This document shows positions 12,400-25,269 of a DNA stretch of 64,000 nucleotides, piece after piece. Where the stretch lies: contig NC_058368.1 in NCBI RefSeq assembly GCF_018350175.1, positions 35,590,001 through 35,654,000 of the forward strand, given 5' to 3'. This DNA is from Felis catus. Taxonomy: Eukaryota. The notes beneath the pieces are model-generated. The model did no database searches. It worked only from the letters and a program-made list of their open reading frames with translations, and was not told the origin of the DNA. Position 1 is the first letter of the stretch. Every line of letters begins with the position of its first letter. The position numbers and the translations under genes are program-made.

Positions 12400-13217
12400 C
12401 CCCTACTCTTCTAATCAAACTGTCACTACCATCCACATAGTCACCCAGACCAGAGCCTCGAAATCATCCATCATTCCTCACTGTCTCTCTGCCCTGGGGC
12501 ACCTTAATCAATCAATAAATCCTATTAGTTCTATCTACAAAATGTAGCATGAATTTATCTTACTGACACAACCCTAATCCAGCCTACTATCATTAATTAG
12601 CTATACCACTGCAATTGCCCCTTGACTCTTTCCCCCAATATCCATTTTTCCCACCTTGAATCCATTCTTTGTACTGCAGCCAGCGTGACTGATCTTTAAC
12701 AAACATAAGCTGATTATATTACTAATTTTTCTTAAAGAATGTTAAATGCCTCCCCTTTCCTTGTCGATGAAAGACCATGTAAGATGACTCCCCAGAGGGA
12801 CTCGTCTTACCTGACACTTCACCTCACTCTCTAAACTCAAGCCCACAACCATCCTTCAGTTCTTTCTGCTCAGGTCCTTTGCCCATCCCTCTCATTCTGC
12901 TGAACCTGGTTAACTCCTACCAATCATTCATATCTCAACTCTACTACTCACCTCCTCTATGAAATCCTCTCAAACCCTCACATTATAAGGCAGAGTACCT
13001 CTCACATATTCTCAAAACACAATGGACTTTTTCTTCATAGCACTCATTATAGTTGAAATTCTGCAGTTATCTGGAAAAATTATTTAACTTATGTCTTTCT
13101 ACCCCTACTGGACTATAAAAAATTATATCTATTTGAGTTCTGTATAGTATTCTTAGCACCAAGGAGAGTAAGTACCTGGCACTTAGTAGGTGATCAATAA
13201 ATACTTATTGAACAAAC
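12400..13217 (+). mobile_element. L2 LINE 3' portion, degraded
   Basis: Pyrimidine-rich L2-like body ending in cctggcacttagtaggtgatcaataaatacttattgaa. Confidence 0.7.
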
Positions 13218-14914
13218 ACTGGTTGAAAAAAAGAATAGCCTAACTATATGGAATTTTCACTTTTGTCTTCTTTATCAACCATCAACAGCAGGTAGAATAA
13301 AAATCCTGTCAGTGCACGTGAATCTCCTATTGCGATCCCTGAAGTTCTGCTGAGCTCAAGACAGATGGAAACCCTGCAGCATCCTCACAGAATGGCTCTC
13401 AGATATGACCTGCATACAAAACAGAGAGCACAACACTGCAGGCAGAGAGCCAGCAGCCTGTTGACATCCATAAAATACAAGGCTAGCTCTGGCTTTGACA
13501 CTCTCAGGTCCAGTAAAACATGGTAAAGATGTAGAGAAGGGATGGGCTAATTTCTTGGAATTATTCCAGAAAACTTGAGTATATGACCAATTTTTAATAT
13601 ATAACCATTTATCAGCCATTCAGTACTACCTAATAATTTGTTATCATCTTTTCAATCTCAAAGAGTAGGAGACTAAATGCTTCAACAGTGATTTTTCTTC
13701 TTTCTGCCATTTTCCGGTGACATATTTAACGACACAAAAATCAGGATAATGCTTTCTCATCCTCTCTTTTCTAATTCTCATGAAAATATCACATCCTGAC
13801 CATGTGGAATATGGGTGGCAGAAGAGTGACCCACCTGGAGAGGGGACACACCACCTCCAGGAAAGAGCCAAGAGGCCAAACACTGGACACAGGGTGTGCA
13901 ATGAATGCTTGCCTGCTCTGGAATGGAATCAATATGCAGACATTTCTTCTCAGGGAGCTGGCTGAACATCACAAGGGATTTCCAGGTAGCAGAAGTTCTG
14001 TGTATCAGGGGTTTCCTGAAGCACAGACTGTGAAAGGTACCAGAAGCAGAATTCAATGTTAAAACAAAGGATATTGGAAACTAGGCAAGTAAAATCAAGG
14101 TCCGTGGCCAAGCAAATGGTTGGTAAATGGAGGCAAAGGGCGAATGAGAAACAGAAGATGGAAAGTCAGCTAGGCGGACTCTCCCCCTCCCTACCACACT
14201 CACTTGTCCTTGAATCTTTGTGAGATTCTATAAGATTACAGGCTCTAAATGGATGATTTTCTGATCTTTGACTCTCTAATGAACCTGATGGGAAAACCCC
14301 CAACTCTGGATCATTTCAACCACCTACCTTTCCATTCATATACCTGGTCTGGCAATCATGTACCTCAGGAGAGAATTCTCCTAACTCTGCAGAATGGCAC
14401 AATTACTAGTTAATGACTCCCCCCTCATCTGAACCCCCAGTGTGTGCAGTCATCTTTCTCAAGATTCCATTCAAAAATGTTCACATCCAAGTAGGCTCTT
14501 TCACACTGTCTCTGCTCCCATTGGGCCTCATCCCCACTCTGACTGTCAGCTAAGTGCGCTTCTATCTTATGGAGAAAAATAAAAGCCATAAAGCAAGAAA
14601 TACCTCAATATCTTGCCCCTTCCATTTGACCTGAAAAAGTGCCTAGATCTTTGCTTTCTTTTTTCTACCTTAGAAGAAGAGGTGGCTCTTCTGCTGCTTC
14701 AAGTTAAGCCCCCCACATACACTCAGGATCATATTCTGTCCAAGTCCTCAGAGAATTTGTTCCATCAAAGGTTTTCCCTTCCTTTTCTGTATCTTCAACT
14801 TCTTCCTTGCTACATACTCTTGGCAAATAAATCTCTCCATATTTAAAAGAATTAAGTTATCTCTTTAACTTTTTATTCCCTACTTTCCCAGGTGACCTAA
14901 AAGGCTCTTTTATG

Positions 14915-17305
14915 CAGGCACACCTTGGAGACATCACGGGTTCAGTTCCAGACAGCTGCAATAAAGCAAATATCGCAATACAGTGACTCAAATGATTTTT
15001 TGGGTTTCCCAGGGCATATAAAAGTTATGTTTATACTATTATTGTGCAATAGCATTATGTCTAAAAAAATAATGTACATGCCTTTATTTAAAAATACTTT
15101 ATTGATTAAAAAAAATGCTAGCCATCATCTGAGCTTTTAGCAGTTGAAAAAAATTTTTTTCTGGTGGAGGGTCTTGCCTTGATGTTGATGGCTGTTGGAT
15201 GGTCAGAGTGGTGGTTGCTGGAGGTTGGTATGGCTGTGGCAATTTTTTAAAATGAGACAACAAAATTTGCCACATAAATTGACTTTTACTTTCATGAATG
15301 ATTTTTCTGTAGCATGTAATGTTGTTTGATAGCATTTTACCCACAGTAGGACGCCTTTCAAAATTGGAGTCCATCTTCCCAACCCTGCCACTGATTCATC
15401 ATTTAAAGTTACATAATATTCTAAATCTTCTGTTGTCATTTCAACAAGCTGCACAGCATCTTCACCAGGAGTTGATTCCACCTTTTCTTTTCCATAAGAA
15501 GAAACTTCTCATGTATTAAAGTTTTATCCTGAGATTACAGCAATTCAATTACATCTTCAGGCTCTATTTCCAATTCTAGTTTGTTTGTTTGTTTGTTTGT
15601 TTGTTTGTTTTTTGCTATTTGTACCACAGCTGCAGCTATTTCCTCTACTGAAATCTTAAATCCCTCAAAGTCATCCTTGAGGGTTGGAATCAACTTCTTC
15701 CAAACTCCTGTTCACATTAATACTTTGACCTCTTCCCATGAATTATGAATGTTCTTAATGACACCTAGAGTGGTGAATCCTTTCCAAAAGGTTTTCAATT
15801 TACTTTGCCCAGATCCATCAGAGGAATCACTCTCTATGGCAGCTATAGCTTTATGAACTATATTTCTTGAATAATAAGACTCTAAAGTCTAACTTACTCT
15901 TTGATACATGAGCTGCAGAATGGATGTTGTATTAACCGGTATGAAAAGAACATAAATTTCATTGTACATCTCCATAAGAGCTCTTGGGTGACCAGGGGCA
16001 TTGGCAATGACCAGTAATATTTTGAAAGCCATATTTTTTTTTTCTGAAAGTAGGTCTCAACAGTGGGCTTAAAATATTTAGTAAAACGTGTTGTAAACAG
16101 ATGTGCTATCATCTAGGCTTTGTTGTTCCATTTCGAGAGCATAGGTAGAGTAGATTTAACATAATTCTTAAAGACCCTAGGATTTTTGGAATGGTAATAA
16201 CCACTGACTTCAACTGGAATAACCAGCTGCATTAGCCCCTAATAAGAGTGTCAGTCTTTCCTTTGAACCTTTGAAGCCAGGCATTGACTTCTCTGTAGCT
16301 GTGAAAGTTCTAGATGTCATCTTCTTCTAAAAAAAGGTGTTTTGTCTACCCTGAAAATATGTTGTTTAGTGTAGCCACCTTCATTAATGATCCTATGAAG
16401 ATCTTCTAAATAACTTACTGCAGCTTCTACATTAGCACTTGCTGCTTCACCTTGCACTTCTACGTTATGGAGATGGCTTCTTTCCTTAAACCTCATGAGC
16501 CAACCTCTGCTGGCTTCCAGCTTTTCTCCTGAAGCTTCTTCACCTCTCTCAGTCTTCACAGAATTGAAAAAGGTTGAGGCCCTTCTCTGGGTTAGGCTTT
16601 GGTTTAAGGGGATATTATGGTTTGTGTGATCTTCTATACAGAGCACTAAAACTTTCTCCATATCAGCAATAAGCTTGTTTCTCTTCCCTATCATTCATGT
16701 GTTCACTGGAGTCACACTTTTAACTTTTTCAAGAACTTTTTTTTTTTTCTTAATTCTCAACTTGGCCAACTATTTAGTGCAAGGGGACTAGGTTTTGGCC
16801 TCTCCTGGATGTCACCATGCCTTCCTCACTAGGCTTAATTATTTCTAGCTTTTGATTTAAAGTGAGAAACGTGTGGCTTTTCCTTTCACTGGAACACTTA
16901 GAGGCCCTGTAGGGTTATTAATTGGCCTAATTGCAATATCATTGTGTCTCAGGGAATAGGGAGGCCTGAAGAGAGGGAGAGAAATGGGAGAACAGCAGGT
17001 GAGTGGAGCAGTCAGAACACATACAACATTTATCGATTAAGTTGCCATCTTAAATGGGTGCGATTTGTGGCTCCCCAAAAGAAGTATAAAGTTGCATCAA
17101 AGGTCACTGATTATGGATCACCATAACAAATATAATGATAATGAAAAACCTTGAAATGTGAGCATTACCAAAGTGTGACGCAGAGACACAAAGTGGGCAA
17201 ATGCTATTGGAACAATGGTGCCAATGGATTTGCTCAGTACAGGGTTGTCACAAACCTTCAATTTGTAAAAAAATGCAAAATCTGCGAAGTGCAATAAATC
17301 AAAGC
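14915..17305 (-). mobile_element. Tigger1 (TcMar-Tigger) DNA transposon, near full length, within L2-like sequence
   Basis: End caggcacaccttggagacatcacgggttcagttccagac; other end cagggttgtcacaaaccttcaatttgtaaaaaaatgcaaaatctgcgaagtgcaataaa, with the terminal ~20 bp apparently lost; about 2.4 kb; internal (GTTT)n at 15579-15610. Confidence 0.93.
15099..16900 (-). pseudogene. Decayed Tigger1 transposase (CENP-B-type HTH plus DDE family, TIGD1-like)
   Basis: Peptides [27 protein letters not shown]...[29 protein letters not shown] (16317-16694) and STPGEDAVQLVEMTTEDLEYY / [16 protein letters not shown] (15099-15481); fragmented. Confidence 0.9.
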
Positions 17306-18109
17306 TAAAAAAATTGTGTTCAAATACTTCTACTTTGTCACCTCCTATTCACCTGGCATAGCTGAACCAGCTGTCACCAGATCAACAACAACTTGTTCAT
17401 GATCAAACCCAATGGACACTTTTCTCTCTTTATTTACCTCACTGCATTGGACACTGTTGGCCACCTTCTCTTTTCTCTTTGCTTCTGTGAAACCAATTTT
17501 TCCTGATCTTATTCTTTCCTCTCTCCATTACCTTATAGTGTCCTTTGCTGATATCTCTCCTTCTTCTCCCTTTCTTTTCTCATAGTATGCATATTACTTA
17601 CAAAATCTCACCCACACTAGCCATCACAGACCATCCATATGCAGAGAACTTTCAAATAGCAACCCTCTTTAGTTCCAGATTGCTCTGCCCAAGATTCTAG
17701 TAAACATTTCTACTTGGATTTCCCAGAACTATCTCTAACTCAGCCCATCCCAAGCTGAATGAATGTGCTTTCTCACAAAAATGCTTATTTTGATAAACCT
17801 GTCCCTGATTGCTCCTTGGGTCACCCGTAGTAACCCAAAGCAGGAGCCTGAGAGTCCACTTAGTTACCTGACTATCATTTGCCCTTCACGTCCAACTGGT
17901 CACCAAACACTGTTGATTCTGCCTCTTAAATATTTAACAGCTCTATTCTTATCTGTCTCCAATTTTATCACTGTGGCAGATTCTCATCATTACTTTCCTG
18001 ACATATAGCACTGAACTCCTAACTTATCTCATTGTCTCTCATTCTTAAGCACATCCTCCGGAGTTCTTCTCCACTTTTATTCCTTAAATGACATACCATA
18101 AAGAAAATA

Positions 18110-18302
18110 GGGGCAGGTATGTGGCTCAGTTAAGCATCTGACTCTTGATTTTGGCTCAGGTCATGATCTCACAGTTTGTGAGTTCTAGCCCTGCATTGGG
18201 CTCTGTGCTGACAGCTTGGAATTCTGTCTCCCTCTCTCTCTGCCCGTCTCCTGTTTGTTGCTCTCTCTCTCTCTCTCAAAAATAAATAAATAAACATTAA
18301 AA
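18110..18302 (+). mobile_element. Can-SINE (tRNA-Lys derived)
   Basis: tggctcagttaagcatctgact...gctcaggtcatgatctc...(CT)n...aataaa; TSD aaagaaaata. Confidence 0.93.
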
Positions 18303-18761
18303 AAAGAAAATAATAAAACTTCCTAGCATGTCAAACAAATGATTTGCAGTCTTAAGAACACAATTTTTATGAAAATGTATTATTTGGATATTAATAATAC
18401 CTATTTCATAAGATTTTTTTTGAGGCATACATGAGTTAATACATATAAAATGCTTAGAAGTATGTCTCTTACAAAGCAAATGCTCAGAAAAATTAGATAA
18501 TATTCTAGTAGGAACTTAACCAATCTTCAATAAATAAATGATAACTGAGATAATAGGCAGAGGAGTTCATGATTTGTATCCTAGTGCCATGCAGGCACAC
18601 AGAAAGAGACATTTGGACACAGTGGGCTTTAGAATCCAAGCCAATGAGGAAAAACTACTAACATGATGCCAGGTTAAGGCCCTCACTGGTGCAAAACTGT
18701 CTTTCTGGTTTTTTGCAATCCACCTCAGGACAGAGCAATTTAGAATTGAAAAGCACATTAA

Positions 18762-18968
18762 GGGCACCTGGGTGGCTCAGTCAGTTGAGTACCTGACTCC
18801 TGATTTTGGATCAGGTCATGATCTCATGGTTTGTGAGTTCAAGCCCCACATCAGGCTCTCTGCTTATAGCATGGAGCTGCTTGGGATTCTCTCTCTCCCT
18901 CTCCCTCTGCCCCTCCCCCACTAGTGCTCCCTCTCTCTCCTGCTCTCCTAATAAGTAAACTTAAAAAA
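18762..18968 (+). mobile_element. Can-SINE
   Basis: gggcacctgggtggctcagtcagtt head, CT-rich body, A-rich tail. Confidence 0.93.
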
Positions 18969-21369
18969 GAGTATATTAACTACCAGATATCTTTCTTTGC
19001 TTCTTATTTTTATTTCTGTTGGGAATGATTCATTTCCATTTTCTTCTTTGCTTTTTCACCTGTTTGAAATCTTTGAGCCTAGACACATACATGGTGAGGA
19101 CTATATTGCACACAGTAGAAACTAAAGTTCTAACTGATGTTCCCTGGGTACACGATGATGAGAACATGCTCAAAGGATGACCATGAAGATACTGGTCAAC
19201 AGGATCCCCTTTCCCACCCAACTATATTACATAAAGCTGCCAAAAGAGGTGTCTAATCCTTATAACCTTAAGGAAGATTTTACTTAAAATACAGTCATCT
19301 TGCAGGGTCACAGGTGGCAGATCCTGTCTCTATCAGAGGCACTGAAATTTATGCTGCAAAAGGACATCTCTGTGCTCATTCACATTAACCTCCAAGACAT
19401 GCCTGAACTTCCATTAATGATCTGTCATTGTTATTTATCTAAACCAGGCCTACAAGCTGTTTATGTTATTAGTCTCCTTCACCATTTGTGGGCAGTGAGC
19501 TTTTCAAGTTCCAAACTTGTCTCTTTCAGATTGAAAGGGGTCACTCTGGTGTACTTGGGTTTAAGGAGGAACAAAAAGGTCCGAATGGGGAAGCTTTGTA
19601 GTACTATGAGATATGACAACAAAAGACTTAATATTCCCGCAGATCTTTCACCGGGGCAGGATACAGCCACAACTTTTAACACAAAGACCATAAACTACTG
19701 CTGATAATAAAGAAACATATTTTACTTTAGTAATTATGGCCAGAAAAGTACGTTATTTTAAGAAGAAAACTAGCTATTAGATTTTAGACATTTTTAGTCT
19801 TCTGACTCCATTGTTCTAGAATTCAGAAAGAATCATATCCTATAATTAAATGCTCTACATAAACACACAAAGCAAATATAAGGTGTTTAATATAGTGCTT
19901 GGCACAGAGTAAATGTAATAAATGGTCATCGTTGATGTTATTTTCATTATTCTATCATCACCCATAGTCCATTGGGGATAAGACCAGAAAACAGAGCCAA
20001 CCACAAGTGTGTCTTCAATTTAGGTAGATGTGGATAGAGATAGAGATAGAAGAATATATGGACATAGATGAAAGACTTCTGCATTTATCACATCACATTC
20101 ACTTAGAAGCCCTGTCAGTCAGGAAAGGTAATATAATTCTCCTAATGATACATATAAGGGAACTGACACCAAAAGAAGCAGATCACGGCAGTCAGTGAAA
20201 GATTTGGGCCTGTAATTCTGTCTTTCACACTCTTACCTTCTTACTCTTTGAAGTTGAGAGGAGGGTGCAAAGGAGGTTGAGAGACAATGATGCAAGAGAA
20301 GTCAGGGGATGAGAAAGAGTACAGGAAGCTCTTCTCGAGGTTTTCTGTGTTCCTCAGCCTATGCAAAGTATATTGGTGTCAAACAGTTTATTTTGTTTAT
20401 GGGTGTGGCTTATGAAATGCATCTCTTTACTTTGTCATCTTCATAATTGATTGTAAATAGGCATAAGCCTGCATTCATGATTTGCTGTTTATTGCACCAG
20501 CATGAAAAGTCAGAACAAAGTACTATACCCTACGAAGGCTCAAATCTCTTTTTAAATTTATAATACTTGTTCTAAAGGAGAAGAGAGATTCTGACAGGCA
20601 TGGGTTGATTTCCCATTATGTTCCCTAGTTTCTTGGCTCAATAAGCTAGACCTTCAACAGTGCCAAGCATACGCTGACTGCCCTGGATCACCCAAGGTAT
20701 GCTGGAGGCCTTAGGAGACCATATGTTAGGCATCTGACATATGTTAAAAAAAAGAGCTGGTCATATTTCTGAAGCAGATTTCCATAATGTATCTTCGGCC
20801 GTGCAGGAATTAGCCCTGTAGCTCATCATGTTTAATTCATGCTTAATTACATTTGAATCCGTGAACTTTTCCGTGAAGTCTTCACAATTGCACTTACATT
20901 GTAGTAGTCATACTTGCTAAATTCTCTGTGCTTTAAACACAAATGTCAGTGCCTTGTGAAATTTCACAATTATGCTATTCACTGTCATTTTTCATTCAGC
21001 CATGAATCAACATAATTTGATGATAGCTGTGCAATTATGAAAATACTGTCGAGTAGACATCACCCATGTGAACCTGGTGCTAAGCATTACTGTAATAAAG
21101 TCAGGGAAAAGTCATGAAATTCCTAGCTAGCCTGAACTTAACAGAACATGAAGTCATTTAACTTAATTGAAAGTGTTAGCACTGAGTTTTTCTACTTCAG
21201 CCACAGAAGTTCCATACAAATTAGAGCTGCTTAGGGAAGGAGTTCCTCTATAGTTGCCTTTTACAGAGCTGACAAAACTACCGGATTTACAGTGGCATTT
21301 CATATTCACTCATCCTTCCTAAGTACCACTTGATTATCCCCTACTACCATGTTTAAATCAAATCCTATG

Positions 21370-21567
21370 GGGGCACTGGATGGCTCAGTCAGTTAAGAAT
21401 CCAGTTCTTGGTTTCAGCTCAGGTCCTGGTCTCATGGTCAAGCCCTGCATTGGGCTTTGCACTGATAGCTTGGAGCCTGCTTGGGATTCTCTCTCTCCCT
21501 CTCTCTCTGACCCTCCCCCACCCCCACTGTCTCTCTCTCTCTCACAATAAATAAACTTTAAAAATTG
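21370..21567 (+). mobile_element. Can-SINE
   Basis: SINE head and tail; 14-bp TSD aatcaaatcctatg at 21356-21369 and 21568-21581. Confidence 0.93.
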
Positions 21568-24500
21568 AATCAAATCCTATGAAGCTCCATATCAGAAGGT
21601 CATAGACTCACAGCTAAAAGGAACTTTGCAGATTACCTGATCTCTTACAGTCATTTTGAAGATGAAAAAAGACTTCCCTAATGTCACAGCTATATAGCAA
21701 TAGACAGGAACTGGAACTCAGGTTTCCTGATGCCCAAGACAGGAAATAGCATGCACTAGAGCACATCTCAGTAATGGTTGCTGAGTGTTGTAAAGTAAAG
21801 ACTGAAACTTTGCCCCTACCTGAGAAATGGAACACCAAAAGCTTAAATTTTGTCTCCTTCCCCATCCAGATAGATCATCCCCACTAATCTGGCTTTATGC
21901 CTGGAATCTTCACAATTAGGAGTTGTTTTTTAGATTTAAATCATTGGGTTCCTAGGAGAAACTTAATGAAATGGAAAAAACATATTATGCAACAGAGGCT
22001 ATCCCCTGAAATGGCTCAAAGAATCCTTTGCATGAATTTCAAGTCAGCAATCAGAGCCTGAACAAATGGCACAAGAGACAGATAATATTTGATGGACATA
22101 ACTGATTCAGTAGAGTGAGGGAGGCGACATTGCACATGGTGTGGAGCCATGATGGGTACCTGAAATCCAAAGGTCTAGATAGGAAGCAAGCTTCAGAGAG
22201 GCATCAGTGACAGGTTAGGAAATGAAGGGAAAGAGACTCTGATAAAAGAGCATTGGAGTGGGTAACTAATACCCACATACCAAAACCCAGGAACCAATGA
22301 CCAGTATTTTCTTTTCCAGAGAAGAATTCTATCCCCATGTAGCATTTTACTTTTTTACCTCTTTCTCATACAAAGGGAAGAACATTTCTGCATCTTTCTT
22401 AGGCACTCGTGCCTAAGATTTTTCTCTGGGCATGTATTACCTGCAGGTGGTCAATCCTTTAGCCAGAAGGTCCATGATTTTAGAAAATCTTCTTCTGAGT
22501 TCAAGCAACAGAGAGAAAGCTCCCAAACAAATAATCCTCCTCCCATCTGTTTGCTACGAGCTTCCTCAAGAAGGCTATGGTCAGTTTTGAAGTCCATAAA
22601 ATGCAGGACAAGAGCTATAGAAATTGCCTAGGAACACCTCTGCCTCCCTCCACTTTTCTCTACCTCCATACCTTACGCATACTAGGCTGGGCAAGCTGGT
22701 GACACTTAAGGGACTCTGGTCTCAGTATCTAACCCCACTTTAAACTGAGTAAAAATATAATCTTCTTGGAATAAGATACTATATTTACAGGTCACTTTCT
22801 GGTGTGTCTCAATCAGCCCACCAGCAAGGTAGTGTGCTAGGCAATGAGAGTAGAGAGAAGAAACATGGGCCTTATCCTCAAGAGCTTGGACCCAGAAAAG
22901 GAGGGAGAACATCTGTGTAGAGAGATAGCCAACAATTATATCAAGAGCCATCAATGAGAGGAAAGGGGAAAGGAAGGAAATGGATGAGAGGCATGAGTAG
23001 GAAAGAAAGATATAAATGGATAAAGTAGAAAGAATAAGACATATATCTTTAAGTACGTGATAACAATGATTAAGCACTGTGTTCCCAGAACAATGCTGTG
23101 GTTTATACACATTATCTTATTTGATGGTATTTGTGACTTTTTTTTTACAACTCCAGGAAGAAAATGCAATAATCAGTGGGTTACTACCTGTCATCAAAGA
23201 CTTACCTCTAGGAAAAGTAACTGAGCAAAGGTTCATCATTTCAGGATGACAAAGCCAAGCTAATGCCTGTGACTTGATAACAGTGCGTCAGTGACAGAAA
23301 CTCTGTCTTATAGCCCCTACTCTAGGGACGTTATCTCCCATTTTATCAGCTTTGCTTTGAATGTCCTCTAATACCTGGCTCAGCACCTTGGAGAGAGCAG
23401 GTGACCCATATTCATTTGTTGGTCTGCCTTGGATTGTAACTTCTTGCATGAGGAGTGACCCTGCATTGTTGTCATTAGTAAGTGACCAAATCCTTACCCT
23501 TCAGTTTATCAGCAGTTCAAGTTCCCAAAATGCTTGCCCAAACATGGCCAGACAAGTCCCACTGTGGACCTTTGGCTGTATGTCCTAAACCTGTTCAGCC
23601 ATGAAAACTCTCCTTATTTCTCCTCCATAGGCCCATGAGTTCCTCCAAGTGCAAAGTCACCCTGAAGTGCAAAGAGCACAGTGGAATTGAGACATTAGTG
23701 ATGCAAAGGTGGTCAAACAGTGGTAGAGGACAAGAGAACAACAGCACTTGTCATGCTGAAGACATTTTCACCCAGAGCAGGCCAAACCTTTTTCTGCCAG
23801 CTTTGAAAATGCTGGCCACAATACATCCTCGGTTTGCCAGGATAAAAGGGATTCTATTGTGGAAGTCTCTCTAGGCTCAGGGAAATAATTATTAACTGTG
23901 GTTTCCACGGCTAGGATTATGCCAGGTGGAAAAAACCATGGGCTTTAATCTGCTTGATCTGAAATGTCAAATTGGGCCTAAACACTTCCTAGTGCTCTTA
24001 GTGCTGCTGGAGAAGCCAAGTTCTTGATGCCTTAGTCCTTCTGCTCACAACTCAGCCTTTTCTTTTACATTTCCACATTAATTACAATTCTTTGCAAAGG
24101 AGAGAATAATTGTTCTGGCTATTATGTACTATCAACAGGCCATTTTCAAGCTTTTACCCAAAATTCAGTGATTAGGCCTCAGTCGGCATGCCTTCTGGAT
24201 ACTCTCACTTAGCCCTTCACATTTGCTGAGTAGACAATAGTCAGTCCTGTGGTTCTGAGATTGGAAAAATAGAAGGCCTCCTTCCACCTTTAATCTCTGT
24301 GCCTATAGAACTCGGAGGGGGGAAGACCAAAGATGAATCCTCCTCCTGGGACCAAAGCAGAATATAGCTCACTTCCATAAAAGAGACAGAGAAAGCCCTG
24401 CAGAGGCACATGGAAAACAGGCTTGAAGCAACACCGGTCACATTAGGAAGCTGGGACAACCGGGCTGGCAACATGGACTCTCAGGAATGAGGTGGGTTGG

Positions 24501-24807
24501 TTTGCACAAAGCTATAAAATGAGACCAGAGCCAGAGGAGCATGAGGGCATTGGCCTCTCCAGATGGAGACTCTCAGTGGTGCTGTATGCTGCTGTGCATG
24601 CCAGCTTGACGGTGGCTTGTCACTGCCATTCATTTGCCATCAGGAGCACGGTCGTCATGCATGGGAGGTTACTAAACCAAGAAAAAACACAAATTCATTA
24701 CCTTAGACTGTCACTTAGCTCTATCTACTTTTTCGAAATCGTAAAGATCATTTTCCAAGAGTAAAGAGGATCTGTGTAACTAAGCTCTCGAGGAATAGCA
24801 AACATTG

Positions 24808-25189
24808 TGTAATAAAGATTCTGACTCCATTTTTGATGTTTGCTGACAGTTTTCAAGGCCCACCACTCCCCGCCCCCCTGCCCCATGGCTGAGCAAGGGA
24901 ATAAGAAAGTCCAGTGCTCCCTCTTTCGGCACCAGCAGCAAATTCAAACTACACAAGCCACAGGCTGGGTGTGGAAAACCTTAGCCTAGCCACACCCCAC
25001 TGACCACTACAAAATCTTTCTCTGCCTTCTCAAGCCATTGCTAGGCCAGCTTGGGAGCCTGTCCCTTTTTCCCCAGAGATGCTCACTGTGTGTACAATAA
25101 ACTTTTTCACACCCTCTTGGTGCATATGAAATTATCATAACCAAATATGAGGTAGGAGTTCACCCTACCTTTGTGGATTGACCGGAGCA
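24808..25189 (+). mobile_element. ERV solo LTR (MER90-like from memory)
   Basis: TG...CA termini, starts tgtaataaagattctgactccatttttgatg, internal AATAAA near 25097, flanking CATTG duplication at 24803-24807 and 25190-25194. Confidence 0.7.
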
Positions 25190-25269
25190 CATTGTTTAAA
25201 ATGCATAAGAGCAAATATTGTTTTAAAAACGACCTGGGGAGATTTCCAGGGTGTATCTCAAGCTTAGAA

